This document shows, piece after piece, positions 61,736-64,000 of a stretch of DNA of 64,000 nucleotides; position 1 is the first letter of the stretch, and each line of letters starts with the position of its first letter. Source of the stretch: Narcine bancroftii (lineage: Eukaryota); NCBI RefSeq assembly GCF_036971445.1, contig NC_091472.1:130262001-130326000 (forward strand), in the 5' to 3' direction. The notes under the pieces were generated by a model. That model worked only from the letters and a program-made list of their open reading frames with translations. It was not told where the DNA came from and searched no databases. The translations under genes were made by a program, and so were the position numbers.

Positions 61736-63871
61736 TGTTACGGGTACAATCTATACTGGAAAATTGGGAGGTTCAAATACATGTATAAGACTCTCAAGAC
61801 TATACATAGAAAATGATTTGGTGCTTTAAGGTGTCATTCCTGACAGCATAAAATGACCAAACAAAAGGCAGTGTATCAGTAGGAATGGTATTCTAATAGG
61901 TAATTGAGAACAAGGTGCAGAACAGTAAAAATGAGAAATTAATAGATGAAACAAAATTAGTATTGTTTAATTTGTCACCAAGTTAGGATTCCATTCACAT
62001 GTAAATGTATATTTTCCAGTCTTTGTTAACATTGCAGACCTCTGTCAGATGAACACTAGAAGAGTTTAAATTGGTTGGAGCAGAACAGAACTGGAAATTC
62101 TAATAAATACATACATAAGAAAGTAAGAATGCTTTGAAGACAAAACTAAGACTTTGGTTAAAAACAGGACAAAGTTTGGCCATGAAGATAAAGGGAGCTG
62201 AATCAACAATTGAATATTAACTGTTTAAGCTCTCTGAATAAGAGGTGAAATGGGACGACTGGGTTAGAAGAAGATTCAATACTACATGAATCATTTTGTC
62301 ACAAAGGTTAATGATTTAATATTTTATTATAATGCACACAAAATTATTGGGAAGAAAGATTTGCAGTTTCATTGCCTCAGGTCACAGAGAAAGAGAAAAA
62401 TCAAGTCGGTTTTCAGTAGGAGAAAAGGTGGGACAAGGGGAATGCCCTAATGGGATGAGACCAATTTAATTAATGTAGCATTTAGAAGCATGTTCCCAAA
62501 TTTAATTAGTTCACATTAGTGCCTGTGTCTTAATGGTCAAGTCCTATGCATTGCAATTTTTTCCTTAATCCTCCCACTTTTTTATCTATCCCTTTGAATT
62601 TTTTTAAAATATCTTTGTTCAAGCTTTTTCTCAACCCATATTGGCTCTTCAAGGATCTCAGCTAAAATATTCAGGATATTTTCTTATTTTTGAACACACT
62701 GGTGAATTGACAGTCTAAACTCAACATGATAGAATTTAAAATTGTAAGTAGTCAGCATGTCATGAGACCTCCAAATAAATGTTCAAGATATTCATCACTG
62801 ATTTTGTATTCAAACCACAATCAAACTTTTCTTAGTGATGAGCACATTTCAAAAATCTCCAAAAAATACCTCTCATCAATATAAAGTTTGACTGATTTTT
62901 ACTTGGTGTTAAAACCCTCAGGAATCAAATAAATTCCATTCCAGTTGATGTTCAGCCTTTATTGGCATATTGGCATTTATGGGCGATTCCAAAAAGATAA
63001 TGTCTGGACTGGATATGGCTGAAATTGACAGAAAAGTACTGTAATCACGTCAATCTGGCACACACAACAGTCAAGTATACTTGCTCTGAGTGAAATCTCC
63101 CAATGAGCTATAATTGCCAGGTCATTGGAGGAGATCTACGATGCGTTTAGCAATTGGTTATTCAGATAGGGTACCAAATTTTTTCTTTGCAGGCTCCACT
63201 GGATGAATTTCACTTCAAATTGGATGTTGACAATATTGACCAATAGACATGATTTTTGTGGGTATGTAAATAGATGACAACTAATTTATGGTGAAATGTG
63301 AAGGCAAAGCAAGGAGTGGTTTAAATCTACTTTGATTTACTCTTAGCTGCTTTCAAAAGTATGTTAAAATATCCAGAACTTGTACACTGTGATTCATTGG
63401 GAATGCATTCACACATTTAAAATATACTGGTTAACGGGACAATAGAATTGATTAAGGGCATTATGTATTCACTGGGAATGTGAATATTTAAATTATCTTT
63501 TTTTAAAAATCACTTTATTTCCTTATCTCATCTGAATGGTTGTTGACATATTCTGATCTGCATACTTTTTTTGGTGCCAGGCAAGACTTTCAGAATAATG
63601 TCAGTATTTGATCTTGGAAATCACAGAAAATGTGAGTTTCTCCTAAAGTGTGATGATACCACAGTGGCTTCTGATTATATGAAGCAGTCATGGTGCTTAT
63701 TCTTTCTATCATTCAAAGTAACTTTGCAACATTTAGCCTTTCACTCATTTATATTATTTTATGCTTCATACTAAAGCAAGGGTAACATTCACACTGATTC
63801 TTGTGATTCCCTGGTCTGTGCATCTGCTCAAAATGGAGAAGGAACATTCGGGATGATATTTAAGTGGCCTG

Positions 63872-64000
63872 CACTCCTGTTCGGCTCCGAATCATGGCGA
63901 ATCATGGGTCCTCTACCGGCATCACCTACGGCTCCTAGAACGCTTCCACCAGCGTTGTCTCCGCTCCATCCTCAACATCCATTGGAGCGCTTTCATCCCT
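63872..64000 (+). mobile_element. Young RTE LINE, 5'-truncated, runs off the window end
   Basis: Near-identical to 19586-19700, with an extra 10-bp tandem duplication cgaatcatgg. Confidence 0.92.

Noticed and set aside
28100-64000. Exons of the mammalian syntenic neighbour TFIP11
   Set aside because: No recognisable TFIP11 peptide (e.g. G-patch) in the ORF track or by eye, although small exons could be missed.

Overview
Eukaryotic, AT-rich, repeat-dense genomic DNA. The CR1, L1, RTE, Rex1 and SINE mix suggests a cartilaginous fish, probably a ray or skate (inference). The one clearly recognisable gene is TPST2 (tyrosylprotein sulfotransferase 2) on the + strand. Its four coding exons (9452-10311, 12739-12937, 22086-22136, 28068-28100) give 1143 nt / 380 aa, with canonical GT-AG sites and consistent phases; there are also candidate 5' and 3' UTR exons. 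Most of the rest is nested, decayed transposable elements: two L1-like LINEs, several CR1, Rex1-like and RTE LINEs, three Gypsy LTR elements, solo LTRs, a pogo/Passer-like DNA transposon, MITEs and SINEs. There is a 129-N gap at 53167-53295. The best leads are: (1) an intact, unrecognised 220-aa single-exon ORF at 61073-61735; (2) a Gypsy element whose primer-binding position is complementary to its own LTR (candidate self-priming); (3) an exact 282-bp copy of intronic DNA inserted 14.7 kb away with a target-site duplication (TSD); (4) a young RTE LINE with a twin-priming-type 5' inversion. No prokaryotic systems, CRISPR arrays, rRNA or tRNA genes were seen. All alignments were done by eye and TE boundaries without TSDs are approximate.
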